Assembly (NCBI GenBank): GCA_046582655.1
Contig: JAYGDX010000027.1
Coordinates: 64,001-128,000, forward strand
Length of the DNA: 64,000 nt
From: Candidatus Poribacteria bacterium
GTDB taxonomy: Bacteria; Poribacteria; WGA-4E; UBA9662
Reading direction: 5' to 3'
Part shown: positions 20,029 through 30,019 of the stretch, piece after piece
Numbering within the stretch: position 1 is the first letter of the stretch
How the letters are laid out: each line of letters opens with the position of its first letter
The notes under the pieces: generated by a model
Database searches by the model: none
What the model was told of the DNA's origin: nothing
What the model saw: the letters and a program-made list of their open reading frames with translations, nothing else
Position numbers and translations under genes: made by a program

Positions 20029-21002
20029 GCAATGGCCGTCATGGCAGCACGATAGATGATATTTTCTGTCAATTGAACTTTATAGGCATTATCACTTAAA
20101 GGATCGGCGTCTTTAATTGCAATCCGCCCAGCCGCTTTAGCTGTTTCTTCTATAATCGTTTGGCCTTTTAATTCCGCTTCCGCCCCCCTTGATCGCCACG
20201 GAATCGGAGCAACTCCACCCAAAACGATACTCGCATTCTGGCATTTTTGACCGTTGATTTCAAAAACGGCAGCGACACTGACTAAAGCAAAATCGAATGA
20301 TCCCTTTTCCCTAATCTTGATATATAAACTTCTAGCACTAGGCTGTGGTTTGGGAATATGAATCTGGGTGATAATTTCATTCGGTTCAAGAACATTTTCG
20401 CGCTGTGGATTGAGATCTGGTAAAACAAAAAACTCCTCTAGCAGAATCGTTCGATCCCCGTTGGTCCCCTGGATGGTTACTGAGGCTCCGAGAGACACCA
20501 GAGCCGGTGCCACATCTGACGGATGAACAATATAAACTGGGCCTCCGCCAAAGATAGCGTGATATTTATTTAAACCGGAAAGTGCGTAACATGTATCTCC
20601 ACCTTTTTTTAGGCAGATTGTGTCCGGATCACGGTAATACCAACAACGAGGACGTTGGCATAAGTTGCCACCAACGGTACCGACGTTTCGAATTTGCGGT
20701 GTCGCTACAGCCGCTGCCGCTTGAGCCAGAACCCCGTAATTTTCTTGGACCTCTGAATGATCGGCAAGTTCCGAAAGTGTTACCAGAGCGCCAATTGTAA
20801 CTCCTGATGTCTTAACTTCAATTTTGTCTAAGTCAGGAATGGTTTTGAGATTAACTAATTTTTTCGGCGTCTCAATATAATCCTTCATTTCACCGACTAA
20901 ATCCGTTCCGCCAGCAATAACCTTGGTGTTTTCCCAACTGCTATCTAATAACGTTGGAACCTGATTGACGCTTTTTGCATTCACATAACTAAATTTTTCC
21001 AT
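20025..21002 (-). CDS. Xanthine dehydrogenase family FAD-binding subunit (PaoB/YagS-like, with a Cys-containing [4Fe-4S] insert)
   Basis: IAGGTDL, QIRNVGTVGGNLCQRPRCWYYR...CLKKGGDTC and LGGVAPIPWR. Confidence 0.92.
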   Translation of the reverse strand: MEKFSYVNAKSVNQVPTLLDSSWENTKVIAGGTDLVGEMKDYIETPKKLVNLKTIPDLDKIEVKTSGVTIGALVTLSELADHSEVQENYGVLAQAAAAVATPQIRNVGTVGGNLCQRPRCWYYRDPDTICLKKGGDTCYALSGLNKYHAIFGGGPVYIVHPSDVAPALVSLGASVTIQGTNGDRTILLEEFFVLPDLNPQRENVLEPNEIITQIHIPKPQPSARSLYIKIREKGSFDFALVSVAAVFEINGQKCQNASIVLGGVAPIPWRSRGAEAELKGQTIIEETAKAAGRIAIKDADPLSDNAYKVQLTENIIYRAAMTAIA

Positions 21003-21004
21003 AA

Positions 21005-23116
21005 TTATGCTTTACCTTTCTCAGCAAGTGTCGTTAAGACTTTATCGGGAGTGATCGGTAGAGATCTAATCCGTACCCCAATCGCGTTGTAAACTGCATT
21101 GGCGATGGCGCCAGCGGTCGGAATTGTAGCGGGTTCCCCAATACCAGTAACTTTCTGATCCGTATCAAACGCAATGGCTTTAATTTCTGGAATTTCAGTT
21201 GGCCCTGCAATCTTGTAATCAATTAGATTTGAATTTATCATCCGACCTGTTTGCGGATCCATAATACGATTTTCAAGAAGCGCGTAACTTAATCCACCCA
21301 CAACGCCACCGTTGATTTGACTTTCGGTGGTAAGCCGGTTTAGAATCAGACCGCAGTCTTGAACAGCCACAATTTTTATTGCCGTGACATGACCCGTTTC
21401 CGTGTCAACTTCAACTTCGGCGAATTGTGTGCCAGCCGCCCCACCTTCCCGAAGGTCTTCTGCCCAGTGCCCCTCTTCGGTAATTGTATCCATGCCCAAA
21501 TGGGCAGTGGCCTGCTGCCAACTCATTTCCTCACCTGATTTAGTCAAGATTTTTCCACCTTTGGCCACAAGATCTTGAGGAGATTGATCAATCTGTTCAG
21601 CAAGATATTCAAAAAAACTGTTCTTGGCTGTAACAGCGGCTGTTTTAATCACCGGAGCGACAGAAGCCGTAGTTTGGCTGCCTCCACTTCCTCCTGAAGG
21701 CAACCCGGGTGCGGTATCACCAATCTTAACGGAAATATGGTGTGGTTGTAACCCGAGTTCGTCGGCCACAATAATTGCGATCACAGTTCGGATTCCAGTT
21801 CCAAGGTCCTGTGTACCGGTAACAGCTTCAATAGTACCGTCTGCGTGAATGCTCACACGGGCTTTGGTGCCTTTACCTCCACCACCACCCCACTGACCGC
21901 TGCCCATACCAATTCCGCGCTTCTTGATACCTTTGTCGGATCCAGGGATTTTACGACGCCGATGCCAACCGATCTCTTTGGCACCTAGCACATATTCATC
22001 CTGCCGGATCTGATTGTCGTCATTCTTCTGGCGAATCTCCAGCGGATCGATACCAAGTTTCTCCGCTATTTCGTCCATTAGCGAATCCATGGCAAAGGCG
22101 CCTTGCGGATGACCCGGAGCACGAAAAGCTCTAGCACCGCCTGTATTAGTCGCAACTGAAAATTTTTCTGTCCGGTAGTTAGGAATATTGTATACATAAG
22201 GGCCGGTGAAACCTGCTCCACCACCATTTCCGGCTGATCCGTAGCCGACTAGATCGTAGGCCATCAGCTTACCGTCTTTGGTAGCGCCAGCTTTGACATG
22301 CTGTGTCATAGAAGGCCGGTTACCAGCCACAAGATGTTCCGCTTTACGCGTCAGCATTAACTTTACAGGCGCTTTAGCTTCCTTAGCTAGTCTTGCTACT
22401 GTTGTGCCTTCGACACCGGGACCAAATTTACTGCCGAATCCACCACCCATATGTTCCGTTATCACCCGAACCTGATCTTCTGGTATCTTGAAATGGTTGG
22501 CAAAATCACGACGTGTTCCAAATACCGCTTGCGTTGAAGCCCACACAGTTAAGTGATCTCCATCCCACTTGGCAACGTGACCATGAGGTTCAAGACAAGT
22601 ATGTGTTTGAACTTGGGTGCTATAAGTTGCTTCCACAATTACGTCCGATTGGGCAAAGCCAACTTCAAGGTCTCCACGGTCATCAATTCGTGGTTTACTC
22701 TGGTTTTTTTCCCAATCACGAATTTGGGGGGCATCATCTCGTCTGGCTCCTTCCAGATCAACTACAAACTCCAGTTCATCGTAGTCAAATTGAATGGCGC
22801 GAATTGCGTCTTCAGCAATATCAGACGTTTCCGCGGCAACAGCGGCAATCTCTTGACCTTCGTATCGAATTTGATCACCTTCTTTGATTAAGGCAATAAC
22901 TGCTTTGACACCGGATACAGATCGAGTATTCTCCAAGTTGATCGCGGTTAATATCCCACGAGGTACATGAGATCGCAGAATTCGACCATAAAGCATGCCT
23001 GGCAGATTAACGTCATAGGTATACTTGGCTTTACCTGTAACTTTACCCGGACCTGATAAACGCTGAACATGTTTACCAATTAAACTAGATTCTTTGGGAT
23101 CTCCCCATCCAGCCAT
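21005..23116 (-). CDS. Xanthine dehydrogenase family molybdopterin-binding subunit
   Basis: KVTGKAKY, HTCLEPH, GGGFGSK, FRAPGHPQ, QDLGTG, GGSGGS and GIGEPATIP. Confidence 0.93.
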   Translation of the reverse strand: MAGWGDPKESSLIGKHVQRLSGPGKVTGKAKYTYDVNLPGMLYGRILRSHVPRGILTAINLENTRSVSGVKAVIALIKEGDQIRYEGQEIAAVAAETSDIAEDAIRAIQFDYDELEFVVDLEGARRDDAPQIRDWEKNQSKPRIDDRGDLEVGFAQSDVIVEATYSTQVQTHTCLEPHGHVAKWDGDHLTVWASTQAVFGTRRDFANHFKIPEDQVRVITEHMGGGFGSKFGPGVEGTTVARLAKEAKAPVKLMLTRKAEHLVAGNRPSMTQHVKAGATKDGKLMAYDLVGYGSAGNGGGAGFTGPYVYNIPNYRTEKFSVATNTGGARAFRAPGHPQGAFAMDSLMDEIAEKLGIDPLEIRQKNDDNQIRQDEYVLGAKEIGWHRRRKIPGSDKGIKKRGIGMGSGQWGGGGGKGTKARVSIHADGTIEAVTGTQDLGTGIRTVIAIIVADELGLQPHHISVKIGDTAPGLPSGGSGGSQTTASVAPVIKTAAVTAKNSFFEYLAEQIDQSPQDLVAKGGKILTKSGEEMSWQQATAHLGMDTITEEGHWAEDLREGGAAGTQFAEVEVDTETGHVTAIKIVAVQDCGLILNRLTTESQINGGVVGGLSYALLENRIMDPQTGRMINSNLIDYKIAGPTEIPEIKAIAFDTDQKVTGIGEPATIPTAGAIANAVYNAIGVRIRSLPITPDKVLTTLAEKGKA

Positions 23117-23128
23117 TATCTTGTCTCC

Positions 23129-23776
23129 CTAATTTCTCATTTTTTTGGATGCAGTTTTAACAGCGTCGAAGATAAAAGGATAAGTACCGCAACGGCAAAC
23201 GTTCCCAGATAACCCTTCTTGTATTTCTTCATGGGTCGGGGTAGGATTCTGATCTAGAAATGCTTTAGCGGCAACAACAAACCCGGGTGTACAGAATCCA
23301 CACATCAATGCGTCATGCTCAACAAAAGCTTCTTGAACAGGATGCAAGTTATCCTGACCTGCCAGCCCTTCAACAGTTGTAATCTTTTTTCTTCCAATAT
23401 CAACAGCAAGCATCATGCAGGCATAGATAGGTTTCCCTTCCACAATCACCGTGCAACCTCCACACGAACCACGGTCACAAATCGGTTTGGCACCAGTCAG
23501 ATCTAGGCGATTTCCACTGATATCAAAACCATCTCGTAGAACAGTTAAGAGGGTTGTACGCGGTTCAACGTCAACCTGATGAGCCGTGCCATTAATATTG
23601 AGAGTAACGGTGGTTTGGGTAATTCCATCGATGGTGTCTGCACGTGAAGTTTCTTCTGATCCAACCAGAACAGCCGGAGCCACGCTGGCAGCTACCGCAC
23701 CACTTCCAATTCCTTTGAGGAAGCCTCGGCGGGAAACACCCTCTCTTTCTCCTACTAATTCTTTTTCTTTTGACAT
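23129..23776 (-). CDS. Xanthine dehydrogenase family (2Fe-2S) subunit with a Tat signal (PaoA/YagT-like)
   Basis: Tat motif SRRGFLK, CDRGSCGGCT, CGFCTPG and CRCG. Confidence 0.93.
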   Translation of the reverse strand: MSKEKELVGEREGVSRRGFLKGIGSGAVAASVAPAVLVGSEETSRADTIDGITQTTVTLNINGTAHQVDVEPRTTLLTVLRDGFDISGNRLDLTGAKPICDRGSCGGCTVIVEGKPIYACMMLAVDIGRKKITTVEGLAGQDNLHPVQEAFVEHDALMCGFCTPGFVVAAKAFLDQNPTPTHEEIQEGLSGNVCRCGTYPFIFDAVKTASKKMRN

Positions 23777-23831
23777 CCGGATCCCTCAAAATAACGGTTA
23801 CAAGATTATGATATTACCATACAAAAACCAT

Positions 23832-23953
23832 TAGACCTCTCGCATTAAGTAGTAGTCCTCACCAAAGTTCTAGCCGGGAGGCAGCTAAATTCTGTGACAT
23901 ATGCGACTCAAAAATCTCCGAACTTCTGTTTTTTTGACCTATGCAAGAGATTC
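23832..23953. mobile_element. MITE copy 2
   Basis: TA-GACCTCTCGCATTAAGT...GACCTATGCAAGAG, colinear with the copy at 26002. Confidence 0.78.
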
Positions 23954-24005
23954 ATTATACAAGAAATATTATAAAAATACTATACATAACACTTAAAATT
24001 ACGGG

Positions 24006-24869
24006 CTAATTTGTCATCTCCGACAGAATTTGTCTTAAATAGGTTACATCTTCTTTAGCCCATTGCTCTAAATTTGGTGGAGAAGTATCTGCGTATCCAA
24101 CTTGCCGAATAATTGATTCGTCAAATTTGTATTCTGTGTGAACAGTTAAAGGTCCATCAAAGTTATGTTTGAGTAATTTCCTTAAACTGTGATGCCAGTT
24201 GATGCAGCCTTCCCCAACTTTCACGAAACATGGGATATAAGATGGCATCTGACCTTCAGGTTGACGGAGATAAAGAGCATCTTTGATTCCGACGACGGAA
24301 ATATAGTCTTTTATCATTGAGAAACCCATATCCCAATCCTCACCATCTAATGCCAAATGACCAAAATCCGGATACGCGCCAACGTATTGTGGATCAAAGT
24401 CTTTAATAAGGTGCATTAATCCGGCACAGTTTGACCCGATACACGAACCGCTATGGATCTGGTAACAGGTCTGCACCTCGTACTGTTGACTGAACCTGAC
24501 AAAACCTGCCAGATCATTTCGAGCAGCCTCTACGACTCGCCAGTAGTCGTCATCTGTTTTATACCGCCAAAATCCAATTTTAAGACGCGGAATCCCCACC
24601 TCGGCACAGGCAACATACAAATTCTCCACCTCCTGAGTAGGTTGGTTAATATCAACAGCTGCAGTAGCTAAAGGACAGACAAGACCCTGTTTTTCCCATA
24701 TTCTCATCGCTTGGGGCAACAGTTTGGCGGCGTTATCTATCTGAATTGGATGTCCAGGGCGAATACAGACGTCAATTCCATCATAACCGAGTTTAATTGC
24801 TTTTTCACCCAGTTGTTCAATTGAAAGATGGGCAAAGAATTTGGAATTGAGAACAATTTCCATGTTCAA
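24006..24869 (-). CDS. Sugar phosphate isomerase/epimerase (xylose isomerase-like TIM barrel)
   Basis: GYDGIDVCIRPG, HSG, DFGH, GIKDA and VHTE. Confidence 0.8.
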   Translation of the reverse strand: MNMEIVLNSKFFAHLSIEQLGEKAIKLGYDGIDVCIRPGHPIQIDNAAKLLPQAMRIWEKQGLVCPLATAAVDINQPTQEVENLYVACAEVGIPRLKIGFWRYKTDDDYWRVVEAARNDLAGFVRFSQQYEVQTCYQIHSGSCIGSNCAGLMHLIKDFDPQYVGAYPDFGHLALDGEDWDMGFSMIKDYISVVGIKDALYLRQPEGQMPSYIPCFVKVGEGCINWHHSLRKLLKHNFDGPLTVHTEYKFDESIIRQVGYADTSPPNLEQWAKEDVTYLRQILSEMTN

Positions 24870-24939
24870 ATAGTTACTAAAAATCGAGCCCTAAAATGGC
24901 ACACAGGCATCGACCAGTGGATGAGATATCACCCAATGA

Positions 24940-25956
24940 TTAGTCAGTAGATCTACGCTTGGGACGAGCCGGTATCCCAGTTTCTGCCGATTTGTAGATG
25001 GCATCCATCAACTCTGACTGTATGATTCCGTTGAGGGGGGTGGTACGCGGTTCAGCACGTCCAAGAATTGCATCAATAAAATTATCATCCGGTGATCCCG
25101 CTGACATTTCTTCCGTAATCGGTGGTTCTTCGACATGATCTGAGCCTTCATAGACCCGTATCCAACCGCCACCCCAACCATCGATTTCCACGCGACCATT
25201 ATCAAAAATAAAGGCCATATGTGTACCACCTGGACTTGGACAATTACCGCTGATAGCAATACTGGCTAGAACACCATTTTCGAACTTAACGTTAATTGAT
25301 GAATTGACGTCAACCGCAGTATCACAATTATCAGTGAAAGCGTAGACCTCTCCAACGTTTTTTTCAACAGCCCAACAAAGACTATTCAACAAATGGGCTC
25401 CACTATCATATGCTTGTCCACCACCAGATAATTCTGGTTTCTGTCGCCATGCACCCACTGTCGCATTCTTCCAACCCTGCGTAATGTAGCCAACTATCAA
25501 TTCCAGTTTACCGAATGTTTGATTCCGGATTTGTTCACGAAGATAATAGAAGTTAGCTGAACACGGCGTATTATAACCAATCACGAAAACTTTTCCCGTT
25601 TCTCCCACTTTCTCGGCAATGGTGTAAGCATCTTCCGCTGATGTTACCATCGGTTTTTCCATCAGCACATGGCAACCTGCTTCTAAGGCTTTCATCCCAT
25701 GTTCAAAATGCAGAGTATGTGGGGTAGAAATTAGCACTGCATCGGGTTGCGTTTCAGCCAACATTGAGTTCACATCATCAAAAGCCCCCGGACGAGGGAC
25801 TAGATCCAGTATATTTTGATCGATATAGCTGTTGGCAATATCAGTATTGACATCACAGGTGGCAATAATTTGAACCTCATCCATTTGGTTCATCCGTCGG
25901 GCATGACCAGATGAGTTTCCACCACAGCCGATTATAGCGAGGCGAACTTTTGACAT
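24940..25956 (-). CDS. Gfo/Idh/MocA family oxidoreductase
   Basis: IIGCGG, STPHTLH, EKPM and GGGQAYDSGAH. Confidence 0.9.
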   Translation of the reverse strand: MSKVRLAIIGCGGNSSGHARRMNQMDEVQIIATCDVNTDIANSYIDQNILDLVPRPGAFDDVNSMLAETQPDAVLISTPHTLHFEHGMKALEAGCHVLMEKPMVTSAEDAYTIAEKVGETGKVFVIGYNTPCSANFYYLREQIRNQTFGKLELIVGYITQGWKNATVGAWRQKPELSGGGQAYDSGAHLLNSLCWAVEKNVGEVYAFTDNCDTAVDVNSSINVKFENGVLASIAISGNCPSPGGTHMAFIFDNGRVEIDGWGGGWIRVYEGSDHVEEPPITEEMSAGSPDDNFIDAILGRAEPRTTPLNGIIQSELMDAIYKSAETGIPARPKRRSTD

Positions 25957-26001
25957 CTATTACTCCTTGACTATTGATTCACTAATATAAATTATAGTCA
26001 C

Positions 26002-26125
26002 TAGACCTCTTGCATAAGTAGTAAAACTCATCAGAATTCTATAGCTGAGAGGCACCTAAATTCATTGAGTACATGGGCTCAAAAATCTCCAAACTTCTGT
26101 TTCTTTGACTTATGCAAGAGGTCTA
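26002..26125. mobile_element. MITE copy 3 (best preserved)
   Basis: Perfect 16-bp TIR GACCTCTTGCATAAGT (26004-26019) / ACTTATGCAAGAGGTC (26108-26123), flanked by TA on both sides. No transposase inside. Confidence 0.85.
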
Positions 26126-26321
26126 CTATACTTTGTGTAATATTTACATTATATCAAAAAGGAAAAAAGAGAACAATCAAAGAAAGTATGAACAATATGG
26201 AATTAAGGATTTTAAGAAAAGGATTGCCGTTTTTGCCATTGATATTTTGGAGTTTCTACTCTAGACTGCTTAATCTGCGGTGATATCAGAACTCAATCTA
26301 ATTATTTGATGTGGGAAAATA

Positions 26322-27053
26322 TTGATTAAATTTTCTGTTCTTTTGATCGGCGCGCTGTTAATTGGTATCACCAAAGCTGGCTTTGGTGGAGGTGCTGGTC
26401 TGATCGTCGGGCCGATGTTGATGCTGGTCTTTCCGGCCAAAGAAAGCCTGGGTATGATGCTTCCACTTCTTTTTGCCTGTGATGTTGTATCCTTGTTCTT
26501 CTACTGGCGAAAATGGGATAAACTTAATATCATTTTCATTGTACCGGGGGCAGTTGTCGGTATTGGAATAGGATCAATTTTTTTGGGAAGATTTGACGAT
26601 CGAATTTTAGCCAAAATGATTGGCATCACCGCCATCGGGTTTGCCCTGTTGCAAATTCTTCGACATCAGCTGATGCGGAGAAACAAACAGTTTAAAACGC
26701 AACTATGGCAAGGCATTTTAGTTGGCGTTGCCACCGGTTTCTTTTCAACAGTTGCACACCTTGGTGGTGTGCTGACGATGATGTTCCTGTTGGTACAACA
26801 ACTTGAAAACCAAGTTTTCGTGGCCACGGCGGCGCTGATTTATTTTTCCATTAATTTGTTCAAGATCCCTGTGTACCTTAAGTTAAATGTTATGAATACA
26901 AAAATTCTTCTGCGGATTCTCCCTTTTCTCCCGCTAATAGCTGTTGGAACGATGCTAGGAGTTTATTTGAATCGTAGAACATCAGCTAAGATGTTTTCAA
27001 GAATTATTTTGACTATTGTGTTTCTAACAGGAATCAGATTGATACTTAAGTGA
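26322..27053 (+). CDS. Sulfite exporter TauE/SafE family membrane protein
   Basis: About eight TM helices, GITKAGFGGGAG, MLPLL.ACD and STVAHLGG. Confidence 0.88.
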   Translation: MIKFSVLLIGALLIGITKAGFGGGAGLIVGPMLMLVFPAKESLGMMLPLLFACDVVSLFFYWRKWDKLNIIFIVPGAVVGIGIGSIFLGRFDDRILAKMIGITAIGFALLQILRHQLMRRNKQFKTQLWQGILVGVATGFFSTVAHLGGVLTMMFLLVQQLENQVFVATAALIYFSINLFKIPVYLKLNVMNTKILLRILPFLPLIAVGTMLGVYLNRRTSAKMFSRIILTIVFLTGIRLILK

Positions 27054-27076
27054 AGCAACCAAGAAATTCCGACGGA

Positions 27077-27502
27077 TTAAGCCTTGCTTCTTTTATCAGT
27101 TGTTCCGTTTCCCAGATGCACTACCTTTCGGTCATCACCACAGACAACGAAAAGTCTTTCGGATAGTTTATTGGCGGTATTCAATAACCATTTACCAAAA
27201 GCGTCATTTCTCCAATTATCAGGTGTATCCGGATCGCAATAAGCCACAATATCCTCATCGTAGTGGTCCGTCAAGGATAGAACGACCTGCGTTTTGTCCG
27301 GTCTGAATTCCTCTGGGATTCCGTCCAGCTGAAGCCAGAGGCAATCGAACTGATGACAACTGAACGGCCTATTCTGATAGATCTGGCAACCCTTCCCAAC
27401 GTTACAATTGTTGCACCATTGATTGGCTGGTTTCTGGATTTCCGGAATCCCAAGAAGTTTGCAGCACATGGTACAACTACCGCATTCTCTGTTCATGTCC
27501 AT
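27077..27502 (-). CDS. YkgJ-like cysteine-cluster (zinc/iron-chelating) protein
   Basis: CGSCTMCCK, WC..C and GCQIY..RP.SC..F.C.W. Confidence 0.75.
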   Translation of the reverse strand: MDMNRECGSCTMCCKLLGIPEIQKPANQWCNNCNVGKGCQIYQNRPFSCHQFDCLWLQLDGIPEEFRPDKTQVVLSLTDHYDEDIVAYCDPDTPDNWRNDAFGKWLLNTANKLSERLFVVCGDDRKVVHLGNGTTDKRSKA

Positions 27503-28315
27503 TTAATTCAGCTTTCCTTGTTCACGCATCTGAGAACCGTAGATTTCCAGTTTCGATTCCTCCTGATTTATCAATTCAACCTTATCAGAAAGGCATGAAG
27601 CTATACGGTCGAAACGCTCTGTACTTCTAAGTCCCATGATCGTGAGATGAACGGCTGGATGATTGAGAACATAGCGATAAAAATGTTCCTCAGGTGGAGT
27701 TCCTGTTTGACTGAACAATCGGTCGTTCCGCGAAGCGTTCATGATAACCACACCAACATTTAGATCTAATGCTTGGGGAAAAATGGCTTCTTCCGGTTCC
27801 TTCATGGCACAATTGTACCAACACAAGACAGTATCGAATAAACCGGTGGCCACCGCCTGTCCGATCTGTTCCCAGTCATGCCCAGTCACGCCGATGAAGC
27901 GAATCAAACCTTCTTCCTGTGCTTTCTGGGCAGCTTCCACTGCACCACCGGATGACAACGCCTGTTCCCGCTCAACTGGTGTATTGAGATGATGTAACTG
28001 GTAAATGTCGATATACTCGGTTTTGAGTAGACTCAAGGAGGTTTCCAAATCCTTACGAACCCCTTCAGCGCGACGAGCTGCGGTCTTGGTGGCTAAGATG
28101 AGTTGATCGCGTCGCCCTTGAATGGCTTGACCAATTACCTTTTCGTCTTCTCCATCCCTGTAATTACGCGCGGTATCCATGTAATTGACACCACAGTCTA
28201 GAGCTGTGCGGTATTCGTCTACTGATTCGCAGTAGCCCCCCCCAATGCCAAGTCGGGTTACTTTCAGCCCTGTTCGACCAAGGGTTATTTGTGGAATATC
28301 ATAGGTCATAATCAA
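27503..28315 (-). CDS. Aldo/keto reductase
   Basis: LGRTGLKVTRLG, DTARNY, ATK, IDIYQLH and IGVTGH. Confidence 0.9.
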   Translation of the reverse strand: MIMTYDIPQITLGRTGLKVTRLGIGGGYCESVDEYRTALDCGVNYMDTARNYRDGEDEKVIGQAIQGRRDQLILATKTAARRAEGVRKDLETSLSLLKTEYIDIYQLHHLNTPVEREQALSSGGAVEAAQKAQEEGLIRFIGVTGHDWEQIGQAVATGLFDTVLCWYNCAMKEPEEAIFPQALDLNVGVVIMNASRNDRLFSQTGTPPEEHFYRYVLNHPAVHLTIMGLRSTERFDRIASCLSDKVELINQEESKLEIYGSQMREQGKLN

Positions 28316-28404
28316 AGATTTCCTTTAATCCAAGGCGGATTCAACTCTGAAACCAATGCTGACACCCCTTGACCGATATTTCTTTCCCTTTGTTCTCAGA
28401 AACT

Positions 28405-28751
28405 TATAGATTCTACCACCGCTCTTCTTGATGGCCAAACTTCCCCACTAGCCCTTTGCATGGCTATTGCCTGCCAACTCTCTACAGATGGTGCTGGGTG
28501 ATCTTCTCCGCGATCGGGCAATCTCTGTTTGTCTGTACCCTTCTGCCTTCAACGCCTCAATCTGGTATCTTTCCCTATCAGTCAACTGCTGATGTGCCAT
28601 GTATCCTCTCCCAGTGTCGTCGTTCATAGAGATGCTGCATATCGGCAGCTGGCTCTATTATCTCCTTCATTGGGGGAATAATCCAGAGTCCTGGACATAC
28701 TGAGCTCTGGCTGTGCCGTGCTCAGGCCTTTGCCTTTATTATGTGAATCTA
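28405..28751 (-). mobile_element. IS30-family left-end remnant
   Basis: IS30-like end GTAGATTCACATAATAAAGGCAA at ~28751. An ATG at 28600 gives MAHQQLTDRERYQIEAL..EG..Q.EIAR....PSTICREL..N (HTH_38), followed by a stop. Confidence 0.8.
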
Positions 28752-28848
28752 CGAAGGCTAAAGAAGGTTGTGCGGAGGTAATTGAGGGATGAGTATACTC
28801 GTCCCTTTTTTCTATAACATCTGTGTTTGTTTAGAGTTGACTTTGGCC

Positions 28849-28877
28849 GTGACAAGTTTGATGTGGTTTGATATAAT
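28849..28877 (+). promoter_or_regulatory. Putative sigma70 promoter with extended -10
   Basis: GTGACA-17 bp-TATAAT, with TG one base before the -10. Confidence 0.6.
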
Positions 28878-28916
28878 TGCCTAAACGACACAATTGTATT
28901 CAGTGTAAGAGTAGGG

Positions 28917-29993
28917 GTGTTTTCAAGGATGGCTAATATGCTGTTTCGAAAGCTTGGAGTTTTTCAGATTCAGGTGGTTGCCTGTATCATTTTGCAAGCA
29001 GTAGGTTGTGGAGGGGGGTCTTCTGAAACGAGTCAAGGTTTTCCTGATCAAGGAGCAGAAGCGATTAATATGCTTCAACTACCACCGTATGTTAAATTTG
29101 ATATTAAGCTCAAAAGATATGTGCGGTCGAGTAGGAGGGAAGCAGATATGATTCTAATTCCCGGCGGGGAATTTTTTATGGGAAGTTCTGACTTCATGTC
29201 TGAACAGATCTCTTCTGCCTATTCCATGACTTTTTGGGATGAAATGCCACAGCATATTGTTAACCTCGAAGCGTTTTATATTGACAAATATGAAGTTACA
29301 AATACCGAGTACAGCTTGTATTTAAAAGACCCCAGTTCGGGACCAGTGCAAGAACCAAAGTTTTGGAAAAATCCTAAGTTCAACCATCCGGCACAACCTG
29401 TGATTGGTGTCACTTGGCAGGAAGCGTTCGACTATGCACAGTCTTATGGTAAACGTTTACTTTCTGAGGCGGAATGGGAGAAAGCTGCCTCGTGGTCAGG
29501 TGAAGGAAAAGGGCGTTTGGATTCAGGATACGCGCGAGTCTATCCGTGGGGAAACACGTTTTCTGACGAACGCTTGAACTACAACGCAAACCGTGACGGT
29601 CCGACCAAAGTTGGGCAGTTCCCGTTGGGTGAAAGCAGATATGGTGTACAGGATATGGCAGGTAACGTGTCTGAATGGGTACGGGATGTTTACAATAAAG
29701 AAATTTACCAGTCACAAAGCAGCGTAACGGCAATACTTAAAGCCAATGAGGAAAATGCCACAAGATTTAATGAACAGGGCTTCGAGGATTCGGCGGGATT
29801 TGAACATCGGGTGCATCGTGGAGGGAAGTGGAACAGTTGGAAATTGAAAGAGTTGGATGTTCGTTGCGCACGAAGACTTCACGCAGTGAGGGGCACACAG
29901 GATCCGGGTATCGGCTTTCGTTGCGCAGTTGATGCTAAGGTTGTATACAATGATATCTCGACATTGCGTTCCCCAACTGAAATTATTGAGTAG
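28917..29993 (+). CDS. FGE-sulfatase-fold (SUMF1/EgtB/PvdO-like) lipoprotein
   Basis: Lipobox AVG-C, IPGGEFFMGS, DEMPQH, YEVTN, EAEWEKAA, DMAGNVSEW and GFRC. Confidence 0.88.
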   Translation: MFSRMANMLFRKLGVFQIQVVACIILQAVGCGGGSSETSQGFPDQGAEAINMLQLPPYVKFDIKLKRYVRSSRREADMILIPGGEFFMGSSDFMSEQISSAYSMTFWDEMPQHIVNLEAFYIDKYEVTNTEYSLYLKDPSSGPVQEPKFWKNPKFNHPAQPVIGVTWQEAFDYAQSYGKRLLSEAEWEKAASWSGEGKGRLDSGYARVYPWGNTFSDERLNYNANRDGPTKVGQFPLGESRYGVQDMAGNVSEWVRDVYNKEIYQSQSSVTAILKANEENATRFNEQGFEDSAGFEHRVHRGGKWNSWKLKELDVRCARRLHAVRGTQDPGIGFRCAVDAKVVYNDISTLRSPTEIIE

Positions 29994-30019
29994 CTTGTAA
30001 CCAGATAAGACAACAATAA

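Noticed and set aside
28917..29993. FGE-fold protein as a diversity-generating retroelement target
   Set aside because: No reverse transcriptase and no template-repeat copy of its 3' end were seen in the window.
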